This document shows, one piece after another, positions 62,801 through 64,000 of a stretch of 64,000 nt of DNA (positions within the stretch are counted from its first letter, which is position 1; the number at the start of each line of letters is the position of its first letter). Origin of the DNA: Naegleria gruberi (lineage: Eukaryota). The position numbers and the translations under genes were made by a program. The stretch is taken from assembly GCA_000004985.1 (NCBI GenBank), contig GG738877.1; one strand, written 5' to 3'. The notes under the pieces are model-generated. The model was given only the letters and a program-made list of their open reading frames with translations, was not told the DNA's origin and searched no databases.

Positions 62801-63888
62801 TGTTGAAGAGGAGTTTTATCCTCAATCGAAGGAGAAACAATTTCTTTTTCTACTATAGTGGGTGTTGAATTTGTTTTGACCTCCTCACTACATGGTGTTG
62901 TGGCATTTTCCTCGTTATATGCAGGTTCAAGACTTGGTGATGATGTAGTCTCTTGAATTGATTCGATGGTATTTGAAGTTTGGAACACCTCATCAGTTAC
63001 AATTGTTGGTGATAATGGGGTATGGTCCACAACATGTGATTCCTCAATATCATATTCTTCAAAGGTTTCCAAATAATCCTCTTCTTCAAACTCAACAACA
63101 TGGTCCTCAGGCTCTGAACTTGTTGGCAGTGTTGTGGTTGTTATTTCAACACTATTTGGAGTAGTATCAATGATCTGCTCTTCTTTGGAAGTAATGATGG
63201 GAAGTTCGGAGCTTTTATATTCTTCTACAGTGTCAATAAGGGATGATTCTGGAAGTGCCTCAATATTACTATTATCTGATATTATTGTTTTAGTTACATC
63301 TATTGGTGAAGTAGAGACTACTGGATGTTCTTCATACTCTTCATATTCCTCGTAAAATTCATCATCGTCAATCTCTTCTGGAGTTAACTCTTCGGTTGTA
63401 AGTTGTTTTTCATGGACTTCGACAAAAGTTGTTGAAGGCTCAGCAAGTTCTTCTTGTTCTTCATCTACCACTTTCTCATTATTTTCCTCAATTATAGGAT
63501 GAATAGGAGTGTAAGAGAAAAAGAAGGAGCTATGATCAGCCTTAAACCTCTTAAAATGAATCTGTGGAGTAGAAGTGGTAATTTTCGACTCAACTTGAGA
63601 GCGAAGTTTTGAGTACCTTTTGGAAATTCTATCCAATGCTTGTATCGGTGATTTGTTCTTTTGCATATCATTACTAGTCTCTTTTAAAATTGCTTGATAA
63701 TTCCTTTCCAAGCTATTTAACTCTTCCTCATTCGAAAATATATCCTGGTTCCTATTTCTATAGAGAAATACACCAAGCTTGGATGGATTTTGTGATTGAA
63801 GGGATTTTAATTCATTCTTGCCGTCTTGTTGATGATTTTCATTGAGTTTTTCAAATCGCGCTCTCAATGACTTCCACCCTTCCGTCAT
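59878..63888 (-). CDS. Large (1336 aa) protein with a central P/T/E/K/V-rich low-complexity region and a conserved globular C-terminal about 450 aa (RUN-like?).
   Basis: Real ATG. The central region has PxxP/KPxP-type repeats (KPLPIVTKDK, KALPVVSPKPIEV). The C-terminal domain is non-repetitive. No confident family call. Confidence 0.45.
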   Translation of the reverse strand: MTEGWKSLRARFEKLNENHQQDGKNELKSLQSQNPSKLGVFLYRNRNQDIFSNEEELNSLERNYQAILKETSNDMQKNKSPIQALDRISKRYSKLRSQVESKITTSTPQIHFKRFKADHSSFFFSYTPIHPIIEENNEKVVDEEQEELAEPSTTFVEVHEKQLTTEELTPEEIDDDEFYEEYEEYEEHPVVSTSPIDVTKTIISDNSNIEALPESSLIDTVEEYKSSELPIITSKEEQIIDTTPNSVEITTTTLPTSSEPEDHVVEFEEEDYLETFEEYDIEESHVVDHTPLSPTIVTDEVFQTSNTIESIQETTSSPSLEPAYNEENATTPCSEEVKTNSTPTIVEKEIVSPSIEDKTPLQQQPVFVEQPIDVNSLEIVEKEITTITLKSSRIDEKAPSSPKLEEKTSPKTTKTIEKSPEKQSIVSTPNVHESKETTLISLKPVVVKEEKLLDPSVPIKVEEPKQTTVKPLPIVTKDKLAEIPKVVESSEPKALPVPVEPKQVVVETPKVETNSQTSTSFTILNTQKETTTTVEVKLITEPEKQIEKETVQPIKPIVEIKPLPILKALPQQPSLPVVDSPTKPLPLVPKKPVKALPVVSPKPIEVAKDVFEVQASTSPVDSEPITPVEPESTPTTVVETKPDPVFEKKASEPTISRTASIRSYFSSFLSKTPKKPDPKVSPLEIKEIETPIAKPLPAIAKMVKEESIKEGEESDDETTEHSVVNIDDFLSEGEPESNIDPQSVPKSEKEDIIEEEKISDIISTHEEEPSSSVDVLVSVLEKQAMEKGSEGRKVSITSTTDSHSSSGERSDSRKSKRANRKKTGSSPHQQEAGALLLQEFLDSNPSSRSSSTKKEATQELAQEVTVEHAVLEDFIGEDCALLSTISETNTTTSNTLTHPSPSRSDSAHNETTPLSCTPKSLYDLYSPITPKRKEKMFENFVDPSTFPKGWEKPYTFLYTEKPLMEHPLLDKLRRNIIDLLTSSMTEETRVSGIVNINRTSPLLAPLVHSIYSILTNRTKPTIFKSDRDLCTIFSKLDIVKKEKIVQDFLAFKEVRILDPKKLKERDLLFIQYLLQSKLLAVCTYELALNQKYTAMCFEETSIMNLEEYSPTIFAVLNLLKKHFNFELKFEFELSQQAGGSKEEGTLIATLQGNIKTLLQYIIEIGKNEKIPINAITDESKNHNIGKVVRSLIMYILKSILMDKLISESKWKNFAGTLISHPWHLITACAKGELSKVGMNVKTGYSFDSIVLTIDSTVKKKNQTTKQQLLDDKFFSFVVYCLNYQILTDALKFIFKNIMILEKNYRPDSIMCDPVQQDHILTILTPLSKLRFTLNFY

Positions 63889-64000
63889 TTTTTAACTAAA
63901 TGTTTTTACACCTCAATCAGCCGTTTTGAAAACAAATAGAGGAGAGCGAGAGCAGCAGAAGCTTTCATCTCACATGACTGCTTGGTGAATAGAGTGAAAG

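Noticed and set aside
1-64000. Prokaryotic-style features (CRISPR arrays, operons, RBS-led genes, defence islands).
   Set aside because: No direct-repeat/spacer arrays are present. The genes have spliceosomal introns, eukaryotic tRNA and 5S genes with Pol III T-run terminators, and eukaryote-specific domains (F-box, PH, ArfGAP, Yju2). This is nuclear eukaryotic DNA.

Overview
This 64-kb window is AT-rich (about two-thirds A+T) eukaryotic nuclear DNA, with no prokaryotic-style systems such as CRISPR or operons. It is gene-dense: about 40 protein-coding genes, with intergenic spacers mostly 50-900 bp. Most genes are single-exon. At least six short spliceosomal introns (46-150 nt) can be read directly from the sequence, with donors GTATGT, GTAAGT or GTTAGT and acceptors ending AG. 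Their branch points (TACTAAT, TTACTGAC) are yeast-like. Many proteins carry poly-N/Q/S/T or poly-acidic low-complexity tracts. Non-coding genes are three tRNAs (Ile-AAU, Gly-GCC, Thr-AGU) and two dispersed 5S rRNA genes, each with a T-run Pol III terminator. The 5S sequence (GGUUGGAGACAAC...GGUGCUGUAGUC) looks amoebozoan/dictyostelid-like rather than ascomycete-like to me, but this is from memory only. I leave taxonomy open: an AT-rich protist or early-diverging-fungus-like genome. Recognisable products include:
- D-3-phosphoglycerate dehydrogenase
- a Yju2/CWC16 splicing factor
- an ArfGAP, a tandem-PH protein and a C2 protein
- a GT10 alpha-1,3-fucosyltransferase with one intron
- a CPR-family diflavin reductase placed head-to-head with a geranylgeranyl-reductase-family flavoprotein
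- a radical-SAM enzyme with a mitochondrial-type presequence
- a SpoIIIAA/Ycf45-family ATPase
- two DUF4116-repeat paralogues flanking an F-box gene and a 5S gene
- four F-box genes, a tandem-SPRY protein and a MACPF-like secreted protein
- a Zn2Cys6 regulator whose zinc cluster seems to need a 3-nt micro-exon
Caveat on the ORF track: several of its start 'M's are TTG/GTG codons (59713, 32946, 50568, 47872, 23380), so it is not restricted to ATG starts. It also omits ORFs that run off the window edge.
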